A DNA stretch of 64,000 bases from the human T2T-CHM13v2.0 reference genome, Homo sapiens, in NCBI RefSeq assembly GCF_009914755.1, contig NC_060927.1. The stretch is one strand, 5' to 3'. Positions 16,054 through 31,229 of this stretch are shown here, piece by piece (positions within the stretch are counted from its first letter, which is position 1; each line of letters starts with the position of its first letter). Below the pieces are notes generated by a model that was not told the origin of the DNA, searched no databases, and saw only the letters and a program-made list of their open reading frames with translations. The position numbers and the translations under genes were made by a program.

Positions 16054-17319
16054 TATCTTGTCTTTTATTGTCTCTGCTGGGTCTAACCCCTCAGGTTCAA
16101 AGTGCCAACTTCCAGATAAGAAACTGTATGTGAAGTATGTGAGCCCACACTACTGCCTTGCTTTGGACCATCTAACATTTCCACTCCAACCCTACTCTCG
16201 GGCCATGGGACTGAAAGCATCACACACATGCAACTGATTACAGCAGAACACACTGTATGCCACATCCATCTTGTGAAACTTCAAGTCCAGCCAGCTACAA
16301 CAACCTAGGAGATTACTGTGGCAAAGAAAATTATTTTCTTTAAGTGAAGACTGGTTGACCACCACGGTGTGGTCAAAAATAACTCATTCCCCCCACTCTT
16401 AAGAAGCACTAACTCAAATGTGACAGGAATTTGTGCTCACACTCAGCCCACCCTGTCATTTTCCTGCTTCTGGCAAGGCCCCTGCAGGAGTGGGGCTCTC
16501 CACGGTGCCTATCAAATGAAAAGGGACTTGAAAATTCACAATCCTGCTCTCCTAAATTCCTTCACCAACGCTGTGATAAAAAAGAAAAAATGAGTGTCCT
16601 ATGCTGGAAATCCAACTAAAAGAAAGTTTGAGAAAAATGCTTCCTTTTTAACGTTCAAAACCAACATTTATAAAAATAATGTTTGTTCCAGACCAAGGGA
16701 GTAGAATAGACTAACATTCAAAATGGAATGCATTATTAGTGACTCTTGAGACAGCAACTGAAGACACAGAGCTTAATCTTCATGGTTTGTTTGAGATAAA
16801 AACAAAATTATTGGGGAGAAAAAAGGAAAATTTTACAATTTATTTCTTAATGTACAAATTTTGAAAATTGAAGAAATCAAGAAGTTCACAAATATTGAAT
16901 TAGATTTTCTGTTCATGCTTGATTTAAAAAAAATAAAACTCAAGGATAATTTTTACTTAGCACAAGATATTTAGTTATTTTTTGAAACATAAAATCTAGT
17001 CAATTAACTAATATGAATTTTCAAACTGAAATTGTTCAATAGCCAAATATGTTTAAATTGGGTGCTGAAGAAATGCTTACTTAAATGATAAAAGACTGAA
17101 AATCTGCTGGGATTTACAGAGACATTTCAAGTTATCCTAGAAGAGATTTCTAGTCTCAGTGTTACGAGCTTGTCTCGGGCGTTTTACAGTCATCTTGTGA
17201 AGAACTGACTGTAAGTAGATTGCTTCTTACAACTCTGACTCTTAATACATCTTGAAGAAAGAACATAAAATAGAAGCATATAATTTCAGCATGGAATGGG
17301 ACATTAGAGTTCCTTTTGT

Positions 17320-17700
17320 CAAACACATTAGTTCACACATGAGAACAAAAAAGGTCTTGAAAAGTCAAATGATGTGCCCAGGGTCATCCAGCTAATGACT
17401 GAACTCTATCTCAGGTTTCCTGACTTCAGTTCCAAGTAGGTGTAGAAATCACCATATTCAAACAACATATATACCAGAAAACTTTTCACTCTAATTTTTA
17501 AAATAATTTTATTAAAACATAAGTTAACACAATAAACATTTGCATTTCATTTTGCCATTTTCAAAGTTTATTCACAATATATTTTCATTTAATCTTTGGA
17601 ACAATATTGTAGAGTAGTTGATCTCTGCTGTATATTAGGAAAGGGAGGCTCAGAGAGGTTTAGGGACTTATCCTATGAAACACAGCCAGAGCGTGCTAGA
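17320..17700 (-). mobile_element. Two MIR remnants (about 17320-17430 and 17580-17700)
   Basis: tgtgcccagggtcatccagcta; catttaatcttt...gaggctcagagaggtttagggactt. Confidence 0.6.
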
Positions 17701-17828
17701 GGAGGTTCACCTTTGGGCAGAGCAGTTTTAGTGAACAAAGTGTGATGCCTGGACATTGTGGGCAAAGTGAAAATTTAACCAGAACTATGAGAGGTGATGA
17801 GAGTTATAATTGAAAAATAGATGAGCTA

Positions 17829-18480
17829 TGTGGTAGTAATAATTTTAAAGATGTCCCCACACCCCCAAGCTTTCTGTCACCTGGTTATTCAACCAACACT
17901 AATCTAGATATGCTGTAAAGGGGCTTTGCAGATAGAATTAATCAGTCACTAATAAACTAAAAATAGGGAGAGTAGCCTCAATCATCCAGATGCATCCAAT
18001 TTAATTATTGGAGCCTTTAAAAGAAGAAAGTGGCAGAAAGAGACGAAGCAGAGGAAATGGGAGACAGAAGAGAGGTCAGGGAGACTCAAAGTGTGAGAAG
18101 GACTCAACCTGCCATTGTTGGCTTTGAAGATGGAAGAAGGGATCATGAGACAAAGAATATGGGCAGCCTCTAGGAGCTGAGAACAGCTCCTTGATGACAG
18201 CCAACAAGGGAACAAGATCTCAGTCTTGTAGCCTTATGGAGCGGAATTCTGCCAATAACTTGAATGAGCTTAGAAGCAGGTTCACACCCAAGCTTTTATA
18301 AAGGAACACTGCCCTTCCAGCATCTTGATTTCAGCCTTGTGATATCCAAAGCAGAGCCAGCTGAGCCACACTATGCCAGAACTTCTGACCTCCAGAACTG
18401 TGAGACAATAAATGGGCATTGTTTTAAGCCACTATATTTGTGGTAATTTGCTATGATGGCAGTACTAGGAAACTAATAGA
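17829..18480 (+). mobile_element. MaLR solo LTR, MLT1E-like
   Basis: TGTGGTAG start; 3' cagaactgtgagacaataaatgggcattgttttaagccactatatttgtggtaatttg...ggaaactaata. Confidence 0.85.
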
Positions 18481-19465
18481 ACTGAAATTCTGTTTAACTT
18501 CTAGATCATTTCAATAATTATGTTAGGAATTTGGGGCCCTTCACCTCTTTTCCTCTGCAAGGGTTCTTGCTGATAGTATATATGGTCAAGGAACCATGGA
18601 ACAGGAAGTACTGCTTTAATAATCTGGACAAGAACCAACAATCCCCTGAAAGCAGGGTTCCTGCTGATCTCATATCCATGAATATGGTTTAGGCCTCCAG
18701 CCAACAGGAGCATCCCATGTCCACCTTCCCTGAATCTAAGATGACTGGAACTGCAGCTCTTCAGAAGCTAAAGACAGAGGGCTGAAAATATGGCCATGTC
18801 CCTACCCAAGTATGCTGTCAATAAGGAGTTCACTATCCCAAGGGCAGGAGGGACTTGAGGTCATTTGGAGCACAGTGACAGCACCCACTGGTAAGAGGTG
18901 GCCCAGTGAATGTTAGGCTCTTACCAATCAGATTAAGTGTTCCTGTTCCACTGAGAAAGAGTGAGTTTGAATAGGTGGGAGGAGTGTTGAAAGTTTCCTC
19001 TATGAGCAAGGCTGCAGTATGAGGAGAGTTAGAAAGGACTCTCCCTACCATTTGATGATCCAAGTATTCATTTTGGGTGGGAAGAGAATGAGGAAAATTA
19101 TCCTTGAATTTTATTTTTTGGCAGACTGAGTTTCTTTAAACTCTAAATTCCAGATGCCTTTACAATAATTGTGATGACAGAAACAATCACTAGATATAAG
19201 AAAAGGAATAAAGAACTAGATCTTTCCCTATACGTCTAGCATTTCATTCTCACATGTGTTTAAAATTCCCGACTGATATAAATATGGTTCATTTGAAAAG
19301 AGTCCTTTAGGATAACAATATTCACTACTTTTGTCTCATGAATAAGAGTGAAGGGAAATTATGCTGATTGATCTGAAGCTGTGATCATTGAAAGAGTAAG
19401 GTTAATGGCTACTTTAGACACATAGAGTTTGAAGAGTTCAATCATCAGAAAATTAGTCTGAGAGG

Positions 19466-19568
19466 TATTATGTTGGGTGCAAAAGTAATGGCGGTTTTGC
19501 CATTAAAAGCAATGGCAAAACCGCCATTACTTTTGCAACTAATTAAAAGTAATGGCAAAACTGCTATT
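19466..19568. mobile_element. MADE1 (Hsmar1-derived MITE), miR-548-like hairpin, plus a partial extra arm
   Basis: TGCAAAAGTAATGGCGGTTTTGCCATT-aaaagc-AATGGCAAAACCGCCATTACTTTTGCA matches the MADE1 palindrome. Confidence 0.92.
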
Positions 19569-19685
19569 CCAGTGAGGAGACTGGAGAGGACCTTGAATTC
19601 TAGGAGTAAGTCATTTGTTTCAGGACATAACTTTCAAAGGTATCAGGGCATGTGAGATTATCTAGTAGCTGAGTGGTGTTTCAGT

Positions 19686-20050
19686 ACAGATGGTTCCTGA
19701 CTTACGATGTACTTAGTACTTTTCAACTTTATTACGATGCAAAAGTGATATGCAATCAATAGAAACAGTATTTCAAGCACCCATACAATCTTTCTGTTTT
19801 TCTCTTTCAGTACAGTATCCAATAAATTACATGAGATATTTAATACTTCATTATAAAATAGGCTTTGTATTAGATATATTTGCCTAACTGTAGGCTATTC
19901 TAAGTGTTCTGAGCACATTTAAGGTAGTCTAGCCTAAGCTATGATATTCAGTAGGTTAGGTGTGATAAATACATTTTTGACTTGTTATATTTTCAATGTA
20001 CGATTGGGTTACATCTGGATAAATCAATCCCCGTCAGGGAGTTTTCTATG
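19686..20050. mobile_element. MER47A/Tigger5-type nonautonomous DNA transposon
   Basis: ta-CAGATGGTTCCTGACTTACGATG start; internal ttcagtacagtatccaataaattacatgagata and aggtagtctagcctaagctatgat. Confidence 0.8.
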
Positions 20051-20290
20051 TAAGTATAAAGATAGTATACTAAACAACTATCTACAGTGTTCTTAGCCCT
20101 GATATTTGCCCCTAGTTTGAGAATATAGTACAATGGCTGCATCTCAAGAATACACTTGAGTTCACTCTTCCCTTGGCTTTCAAAAAGAATCTTAACTTCT
20201 CTCTGATCTATAAAGAGGATAACATCACTTGGTCCTTATGCCTCCGTCTTCTTTGTATCTCTTAGACATCCATGTTGAGATGTTGAGTTC

Positions 20291-20828
20291 TGAGATGGTT
20301 AACTTTATGTGTCAATTTGGCTGGATCACAGTGCCTAGATATTTTATCAAACATTATTCTGGATGTTTCTGTGAGGATGTTTTAGGTGAGATTACCATTT
20401 AAATTGATGGGCTTTAGGTAAAGCAGATAGCCCTCCATAAAGTGGGTGGGCCTCATCAATCAGTTGAAGGCCTGCACAGAACAGAAGACTGACCTCACCT
20501 AAGCAAGAGGGAATTCTGCAGCAGATGGCCTTCAGACTTGAACTGTGGCATTGGCTCTTCTCTGGGTTTCCAGCTTGCTAGCCCACCCTGCAGATTTTGG
20601 TCACCAGCCTCCATAATTGTGTAAGCCAATTCCTTAAGATAAATCTCTCTGTTTCTCTAGCTCTCTCTCTGTGTGTGTGTTTGTACATATATATATAATA
20701 TAGATTATATATAGAGAGACGGATATCCATATATACATATATGGATATCTACATAGCTATATCTATCTATATATAGAGATAAATATGGATCCTTTTGGTT
20801 CTGTTTCTCTGGAAAACCCTGACAAGCA
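20291..20828 (+). mobile_element. MLT2 (ERVL) solo LTR with an internal CT/GT/TA microsatellite
   Basis: tgagatggttaactttatgtgtcaatttggctgg ... ggttctgtttctctggaaaaccctgac. Confidence 0.88.
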
Positions 20829-20829
20829 G

Positions 20830-21330
20830 GCAGTTGGACAAACAAGTCCAGAACTGGACATTTGAGACCCATCATTGTATCGACATATTAGTACCACAAA
20901 ACTAGAAGAGAATGCAGCTGGAAGAGCTCACTGTGATCAAAGCCCTGAGATCCCTACATACAGAATTCTTGTAGAGAAGGAAGGAAGATCCAGATATGGA
21001 CATGAGATAAAGTGGCCCTGAGGTAGGGAAACCAGAAGATTGGTATCACAGAAGCCAGAGAAGCATGTTTCAAGCAGGATGTGTTTAAAAGGAAGAGTGT
21101 GTTCAACAACAGCTGCTACTGAGAGGTGAAGTAAGATGAGAATGGGAAATTGGCCAATAGCTTTGGCCAGATATAGGTTGTTGGTGAGCTTAATAGTGCC
21201 AATTTAATGGAATACAGGAAGAAAACCAAGATAAAGCAGGTTGGGTAGAAAAAAAGTGGTGAGTAAGTAGAGACACCAATTATAGACAACTCTTTCTGTA
21301 AGTTTTGCTGGGATGAGAAGGTAATAAATG
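20830..21330 (-). mobile_element. L2 remnant
   Basis: gagaggtgaagtaagatgagaa, tatagacaactctttctgtaagttttgct. Confidence 0.6.
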
Positions 21331-21483
21331 GAGAAGTATCTCAAGAGTGTAATGTTCATTTTTGTTTGTTTTTTTTTAGATTGGTATGCCAATGAGGAAT
21401 GATGAGATAGAGGGAGAGAGAGAAAGAGAGAGAGAGAGTTGATAATGCAAGGAAGGTATGCAAACATAAAAGTATCCAATACT

Positions 21484-21797
<314 letters not shown>

Positions 21798-22698
21798 TCA
21801 GAAAGTACATTAATATGTAATCATTAAAGGATAGTATTTGCTTCGCATCATCTCAAATAGAATGAAAATACAAGTATCTTCCAACTTTGTAATGATGTAA
21901 AAGTGATATTCATTCAACAAGGAGGTCTTCCTAATCTAAAAATGCAATATTTCACTGTCACTCTCACCCATGTCTTGAGTTCATAGCCCTTTCCAAGAAG
22001 GTAGGTGTAACAGTAAATATAGTATCACTTCTGCCATTCCTGAAGATGGCAGAATCTTTTTAATTTAATGTTCCAGAGACAAAAAAAGAAGAGCATGGTG
22101 AGGTAGTGTCTCCAACATGCCCTAGAAGCTGTGCACTAGAATTCCAGTACCCAAACCCTCTCTTCTTCATCACACACCCTGCCAACCCCTGAAATGGAAA
22201 TGAGATGACAAACACAAGAGACTGGTTGCTTGCCAAAGTCTTTATCCCATCAAAAACTTGAGGGCATGAGTAACATGGAGAAAAACTACTCCACCATATG
22301 CCACTCACATCTACACAAGGTCTGAAATCTGAGAATTTCTTTCTGAATTTTCTTTGCCCAGATAGAAAAATGATGAGAAAATTGTAGGCTGACTGTTGCA
22401 GAGTAAGAGGCTCCAGTGATCCCCACATAGGTAGCCAAGGGTTAGACAAAGTATGCATTTTCTTGAATTTGATGAAGAAATAAATGTCCAGCTTTTGCTG
22501 TCTTTGTGATATAGAAGAATTCTGATATAATTTGTGGAAAATTAGAACTATTAATAGAAGCGAGACGTTTTAAAAAGCCATTGCCTTTGTTCCCTTGAAA
22601 TGAGTGACACTGGTTAGCAAGATTATTCCATTTGAAATAATTAGGTTTCTGGTTCCTGTAATTTAGGTCTTACTTGTCACTGTAAATTATCTAAATTG

Positions 22699-22699
<1 letters not shown>

Positions 22700-22738
<39 letters not shown>
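22700..22738. repeat. Perfect (TA)19 microsatellite
   Basis: Read directly from the sequence. Confidence 0.97.
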
Positions 22739-22741
<3 letters not shown>

Positions 22742-23254
22742 ACGTCAATATGACTAAACATTTTTAAACATTATATTCAAAGATTATATTTATTTTCTAA
22801 TAAGAAAAAAGTAATATATTTCTAATATTTCTAATATGTTTTGACAAAAATTAAAAGAACATTTACATAATTTTTTATTGTAAGATATTGCTAATATCAC
22901 TTTGGTGAGGTTATAACAGATTTAAACTCTTGTGTGCTTGAATTTTCATCTTGTCAAGGAGATTTTAAAAGATCATTGAACATACTATTAACTAACTTTA
23001 ATATTTGGAGGACAGAGATGTTTTCATCTATGGTGGTAGTGTCCCTTGTTATAACCTTTCAGATCTTACTAAATCCAGTTTTGACTGTAGGGAATTAATC
23101 TGATTCCATTATTTAGCCATTAAAAGGAAAGCACTAATTCCTTTCACTGAAGTTGAGCGTCAGACATTTTTTATTATATTTAATTACAACCCAATTGAGT
23201 CCTGGGACACTGCTAGCCCACTGATGGGCTTCTAATGTTATTATTAATTTAATA

Positions 23255-23480
23255 ATAACTTTTATTGAGCACTTACTCCTTATTCCATGCTAGGTACTAA
23301 ACTGCATACTTTACATACATTACCTTGTTTAATCTTCTAAACAACCACATGAAGTAATTACTATTTGTGTCCCAAATTTACATATTAAGAAAGGAGGTTC
23401 AGAAAGGTTGTGTAATTTGATCAAGATCACACAGTTTGTTACTTGAGCAAGAATTGCAACTAGGGCCTATCTAAGGCCAT
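23255..23480 (-). mobile_element. MIR
   Basis: ttattgagcacttact...taatcttctaaacaaccacatgaagta...gaggttcagaaaggttg. Confidence 0.7.
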
Positions 23481-23734
23481 ATAATTATATATTGAAATAG
23501 AGAAGTTCTCTATCCCAAACCTGATAACCCTGGAGCATAATCTTACTAGATGATAAAACCTACTCATTTTAGCCACTCAATCTCTAAAAATTTGCTGACA
23601 TAAGGGGTGCTTATGGCCACTTCCTATGGTATTCTTCATTGTTCTTTATTGTTCAAGGGTGGAATAGGGTCAGCATGTAACTTACTGCAAATGTGCATAT
23701 GAGTAGGTAAGAGTTGCTCATCCACCCAATCAAC

Positions 23735-24180
23735 TGCTGTTTAGTAATAACTATCTAGTATTTACTAAGCATCACCTTGTGCCAGGGACTGTGCTAGAAT
23801 GAGGAACAGAACAGACAGAGGCCTCATCCTCAACAGAGCTTTCTAGCAAATGGATGAAGTACAAATTAAACCAAAAATAAGTGAATATAGTAAGTACTTT
23901 AAAAGGGAAAAAAGCTGATATCTATGAAAGGCAATAACCAGTACTTGGTTATTCTATATTAGGGGATCAGGGGAAGCCTCTACAAAGAAGGGGCATTTGA
24001 ACTAAAACCATTATATATAAAACCATTATACCCCCAAAGAGGTGCAGATGAATAGACTCTGTGTAATTCACTCATTCCATAAAATTTGTGGAAAACTTAT
24101 GTGCAAAGCACTGTGCTAGCTTCAAGAATGGCATCAGTGAACAAGTGAGAAATGGTTCAATCAAATATTATGTCTCACTG
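23735..24180 (-). mobile_element. L2 3'-end remnants
   Basis: tatttactaagcatcaccttgtgccagggactgtgctag; tcactcattcc...tatgtgcaaagcactgtgctag. Confidence 0.6.
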
Positions 24181-24749
24181 AAGATGTAGGAAATGTCTCT
24201 AGGAAAAAAAAAAACAAAAACTTAAAAGAGAAAGGAGCTAGTGAATGTAATACCTGTTAGTAATATGTGCTTTTTCCTCTGGTCAATTAAGATTACTTGA
24301 GACATACTCAGTGCAAAAACTGTGAGTCATAGTGCTATGCCTAGAAAGCATTATCATTAAGTTCTCCAAAACAAACACACAAAAAACCCACCCACCAGTA
24401 TTTAACATGTTGTACTCATCCAATCAGAAGTTAAGGAAAATAAACTATCAGGTTTCTAAAAATTAAACCCATCCTGGGTCATGGTACAGTGCAACACCCA
24501 CACATAGATTTCCTACAGGTGGTGCTGCGCAGCTAAATTATTTCAGGTAGACTTCAGTGGTGGATTCACTTTGAACCACAAACAGAGAAACATGTTAGCA
24601 AATCATTTCTTTCAGCCTCAGTGTTAGCCATTGTTGGTAACATGCACAAGTGTGTGGTAGCTGGTAGCCTAGTGATGTCAAATGTCATTTGTTAGATATC
24701 ATTAACTATGTAGACTCCAAATAACACCTATTTCCATAGTTCTATCGTT

Positions 24750-25187
<438 letters not shown>

Positions 25188-25212
25188 GTTCTGTCATTAA
25201 GAAAGAAAAATT

Positions 25213-25592
<380 letters not shown>

Positions 25593-28500
25593 TTACCAAG
25601 GGTTCATTTTTCCTCTAGAGGTTATACACAGACCATTTGCTTCAAAGAGGGTGCCTCTGTTGGTTGAGGGTTGTTGCCCAACTCTCCCTAGGTAATTTTG
25701 AAACAAATAAATAAACCAGCCAGATAATGAACAAAAACAAAACAAAATAAAAATAAAAATTCACCCTAGAAATAAAGTACCAAAGAGCTATTAGGCAGCT
25801 ACCTCTTTCCTTAGTAAAATACTGCCCAGGTCCTCTAAAGTGGGCCCTGAAGAGATAATTCCATGCAGTGGTGAAACAGCGCCAAGGCCCTGGCATTGCC
25901 TCTGAGATTCCCCATGTCCCTGCACCTTGAGCCTTGGGTATTTTTCGCTAATTCCTGCTGCTGCCACCCCCTAATCCAAGGGGCATTGCTCTTTTAACAT
26001 TCTGGACTTGGTATAGCCCAAATCCTCCCCTTAAAGCCCAGCTGAGACCAGGCCAGGACATTTAAGGGAAATGTTAGTTGTTTTAAGCAATTAAGGGGAA
26101 GAGGCTGAAACAGAAACATGTAACCAAATCTTTTATATAGCTTGCAAAATACGGCTTGTTCTCCTGGGTTCAGATCCATTTCATCTCAGCCCTAACTCTG
26201 CCTCCTTGTGGTAGATGACTTCCTGGTCCCCACCATTCCAGAGCACATTCCAAAAGAGTAGAAATGGCAGAAGAGATACTATCCCTGCCCTTGCAGCCTA
26301 AGTGTCCAGTGCCTGATCATCCAGTTCAGGGTAGGCCTTTTTCCCTAGGGACTGAAACCTGGGATGACACCTCCTTCAAGAACAGATTACTCTCTACTTA
26401 CAGGGTGAGGCCTTACCCTCAGGCCTAAACAGGACAATTACATAGGAACAAACTTTGATAATGTTCATACAAGTAGACCTGGTAAAGAACAGCAGGAAGA
26501 TCACTTCAAAAAAAAAAATGTCCTTGAGATGAGGGATAAGGGAGGCAGATTGGTAGGCACTGCCATGCAAAGCTAGCTTTAAGGAGATGTCCTGGGATAT
26601 CAGTGGCCAATTCTTTGCTGTGCACCACCAGTGCACAACATAGCAAGTAAACTTTGAGTTTCAGGGAAGCCCTGGAGAAGCCCTGGAAAAGGGCTCTTTA
26701 TGGCTCTCTGAGCCAGTGATGTTGGCTGATACAGCTACATTCTGCCTAACATCCCACTTCCCCAGCATCATCACCAAATGTGAAAAATTTGTGTAACAAT
26801 GACTTTCAGGTGTATCGCTGGACACAGTTCAAATTTATCCCAGAAAATAGACTCTCCAGAAAGATTATAGGGAAGTGACACGGGATGCATCAGGGCACAC
26901 AACGTTGGCTTCCTCAGGGACAAGATTTTCATGCAGTCAAGAAGAAATGAGGGAAATCACTGAAGAAACAAAAGTCACCCTTTGTCCCATGCATCCATTT
27001 CTCCCAACAACCCACCAAGTCTCTGCCCGTAGTAACTCAGAGGAGATAACTGACAACAGCTCAACTTTCCAGGTTGTCAGAGGTGTTTATCTGCTAAGTA
27101 TTTCTTATCAAAAGGATGTGTAGGTGTCATAGTGACTCCAGACAGCAAGTGTCCTAAGACACTTCTGATGCTCTCTACAGACAGTGAGAATGGGCTTGTA
27201 AAAAACCAACTCAAAACTCTTTAGGTGTGGTTATGTGCATGTATTTCTGTGCAGAATGTTTATATGAAACAACTCCTGTCTTACAAAAAAAGATCATTGC
27301 CATCAACTCTTTCTTTCTACTTTAGACAGAAGATACTTTGATAGGAGACCTTACTGGGTCTCCTGAAATATAAAACAAGTAAACTAAACATTAACAAGAT
27401 CTTAAGAGGAATAATAAAGCCAAACCACACTGGATAAGGATCACAGCATGATATTCCAGTAGATAACTAGTAATAACAGAGTCCAGTGGCATCTGGAAGG
27501 CAGCAAAGGAGATCATGACTTGTACTATTTCCATTCTGTTCTACAGCTATCCAGTCAAAACATCTGAAGTCATTCTGCAAATCTAACATATAAAGGGCCT
27601 CTTTTCTCCTTGATGTGGGGCTGTGCAAAATTCATGATCTAAATGCCAGAGAGAATAACTATGTTAAAAACTTAGTCTCTAAGCCAGAGGAAAGGAAGAA
27701 GTTCTCTGATCTTGACCAATTCCACACGTGGAATATGTATCATCCAACTAAACTCTGATGCCCAAATGGCTTTGCCTACTCTTTTGAGAACAAAGTGAAA
27801 AATGACAGATAATCTTCATCAAAAACAGAAACTCCTTTTGTGGTTCTTCATTTAAGTCAAATGATCTCAGTATTGTTGGTATTATTAGTAATGAGTACTT
27901 AATAAGTACTTTTGAATATGAATGTTTTTATCATCAGAATATTATGAAAAATGATAAATCTCCATGTTCTTATTAAAAAGTTCAGCTAATGAAGTATTCT
28001 GGGAGTATACATAAGGCAATAGATACAAGCACTTTTTGACAGTAAGCATCACATATATTAAAGTATTGTATTGTTTTACTATCATCATTATGTTTGGGTG
28101 TGATTTAAGAGCAGGCTAATTTCCCTGGGTATTGATTGACTCAAATTTAAGTGGACACTAATTAATAAAATACAATTTTAACAGTGTCTCCAAGGAGAGT
28201 TCAAATAATATATTTTTTTTTCCCAGGCCTTGGTCCAAAAGTAGCTGGAAACGGGTATGGCCTACTGATTACTAATGCTACTCCTGTAGATCTGTCTGCC
28301 AACTACCAACTAACTAAATTTCTTCTTGGCTTGTAAAAATTGGGGATTGCACAGCCTAAAGAGATATCACTGTAGGCAGTATGTATGCTGGGGGAGAGGT
28401 GAAGCAAAGATGATAATTTACCTCAAATAGTTACAACAGTTGGAAAAAAAAAAGTCTTTGCTTGCAACTAGGTAACTCCTAAGTATTTTCAAAGGACCCA

Positions 28501-29419
28501 GCCAGACAATCACCACTCACATAACACTTTCCAATTTTTCCCTGCCAAAATTCCTCCTCACTTGGTACCTTTTAAATTCTCATTTATATCCATATTCCTC
28601 CCTGTCTGGACAGTTGTCGTATAAAGCAGGCGGAGTTGGGGAAGAAAGGGGCAATAGGCTGCAGGAAACCGTAGCTGCACCTGCCCATGTTTTTAAACAG
28701 AAGAAAAAAATAATGAAGTGTCCCTTTGTATTACAGGCGTGCAGGATCCTTTTTTTTCTATTTGTGTGGCATGACTTTGGCATTCAAAGAAAGCTGGTGA
28801 TCAACACTCCACCCCATCACAAAGGCTTCAGGCAGCACCCACTGCAGCCAAAGGCCCTCTTTCTCTGCTCTCTCTTTTCATGGTTTTCATGTCATATGGC
28901 TGTCAGGAGCGTGCAGTAAAATCAGAAACTAAAGAGTCCAGAAAGGACACACCCTTCTCCAGGAAAGGAGTTCCCAAAGATGATATTTCACTCATTTGGC
29001 CACCTCTGCTTTTAGGATGTGGACTGTCTCCCACAAAACAAGGAGGAAATGTGGGTTTCAAAGCTCAACAACAAATAGGGTTGACATTGTCAGTGTGAAG
29101 GAATGTCAAGGTGAAGCAATGTGTTCCCAACCACAATGTGTTCATGTGCACACTGACTCTTTCCAGGTCCAGCTCTTTAAATCTTCTCTATGTTCCATTT
29201 TTAATGAGCATCCTCAATGCCTGTTACCTATAAACTGCCACATCACTGAAATTCTCAGAAGGAAAAAGCAAGATTGTGATTGTAATCATTCACTCCTATG
29301 TTATCTGACCATCAAAATCTCATATTTTTAGTGAAAAGAATTCATCAAGGTTTCAGGGACTTTATAGAGGTTTATAAGTAGGAAAGTGAGGCTGTACCTG
29401 TTCAAATCTTGGGTCTTTC

Positions 29420-29580
29420 TGTAAGACAAAATGAACTGTGGTCCCAGCTCTACCACAGGCTTGTGCATAAACCTTGAGCAAGTGTGTGTATGCCTCCCTC
29501 AGTCTCAGTTTTCTCCTGTAGAAATGCATAGCCAGACTGAATTGTCTCTAAGGGTTCCTTCCAGCTCTGAAATTCTATAA
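29420..29580 (+). mobile_element. MIR/MIR3
   Basis: cccagctctaccac...accttgagcaagt...tctcagttttctcctgtagaaatg...ccttccagctctgaaattcta. Confidence 0.7.
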
Positions 29581-30326
29581 CCTAAAATTATTACATAGAT
29601 GATATATTTCAATACTTAGAAGAAATTAGAAATATCAAGGGGAAAAAAAATCTCTTCTTTGAACATTTCTAAGACTTGGAACTCTAATTTCATAATAACC
29701 TTAAAGGCTTAAAATCCTGCCAATATTCCCAAGTTTATGTCTTTGTCGACCAGGGATGGAAGAACTAGAAGTGTCTGAGAAAATCCCAGTTTACAATGTT
29801 CTGCCCAGGGGAGTTTTATTTTTCTTAATCTTTTTTACTGATGTTAATTTTGAGGAGAATTGGGTCCAATTGTTTCTGAGTCATTTTGAAACTCAACAAA
29901 ATCAATTTAGTTCCAGTTATTTGCTGTCTAATCCCAAACTCGAAAAGCTCATTTCTCTTTCAACTAGGCATTCCCTTGCCATGATTAGATACTAAAAGGT
30001 ACAAGACCAAAATCTGGTTTTAGACATGGAGCCCACTGAGTACAAAAGATTCTGAATTTGCCCAAACTTTCTTTCTCTTGACTCAGACTACTTGGCAGGC
30101 TTATATTGGGAGCATGACTGTCCTTATAGCCAAACTATGAAGTCTGCTTTTAGAACATTTGACCCAGCCTACCCTTTCTTCTCCAAAGATGTTCCTATCC
30201 TGGGCCTTCAGGAGGACATGGGTTTTTCTCGTAACATCTCCAGGCCAACCTACCATCACTTTCTGGCTTCCTTGAACCTTCATGAGGGTGGCATCACATG
30301 GCAGTTGTGTTCATTCTAAATTCCTA

Positions 30327-30848
<522 letters not shown>

Positions 30849-31229
30849 TCAATCCTTTAAGATTGAGCATTAGGAATTACTCCAGAAACAATTATTTTCT
30901 GGAAAAATAAGTGATCGATGTTTTATAGTTTTTCTGATTGGTAAAATTTGAATGAGAATTGAAGATTTCAAGCATGATAAGCAGCTCTGACTAGTTTAAC
31001 CAAGAAACATCAATAGCTAAATGATACTATAGAATCTCTTATTTTATCAACAGTTAGTTACGTCTATGACTGCATTAATCACTCTGATTTGTGAAAAACA
31101 GTCACTTTGACTACTTATCTTCATTGAATTGAATTTTGCTAATTGTTTTAGTGACTGTCAACAGAAACAAAATCATTTTTTTGCAACATTTCTCTTTTTT
31201 CTCAGTCAATAGTTTCTGCCTTTAGTTGG

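Noticed and set aside
22030-22062. Hairpin TTCTGCCAT...ATGGCAGAA plus T-run resembling an intrinsic terminator
   Set aside because: Bacterial terminators are meaningless here, and a 9-bp stem is expected by chance.
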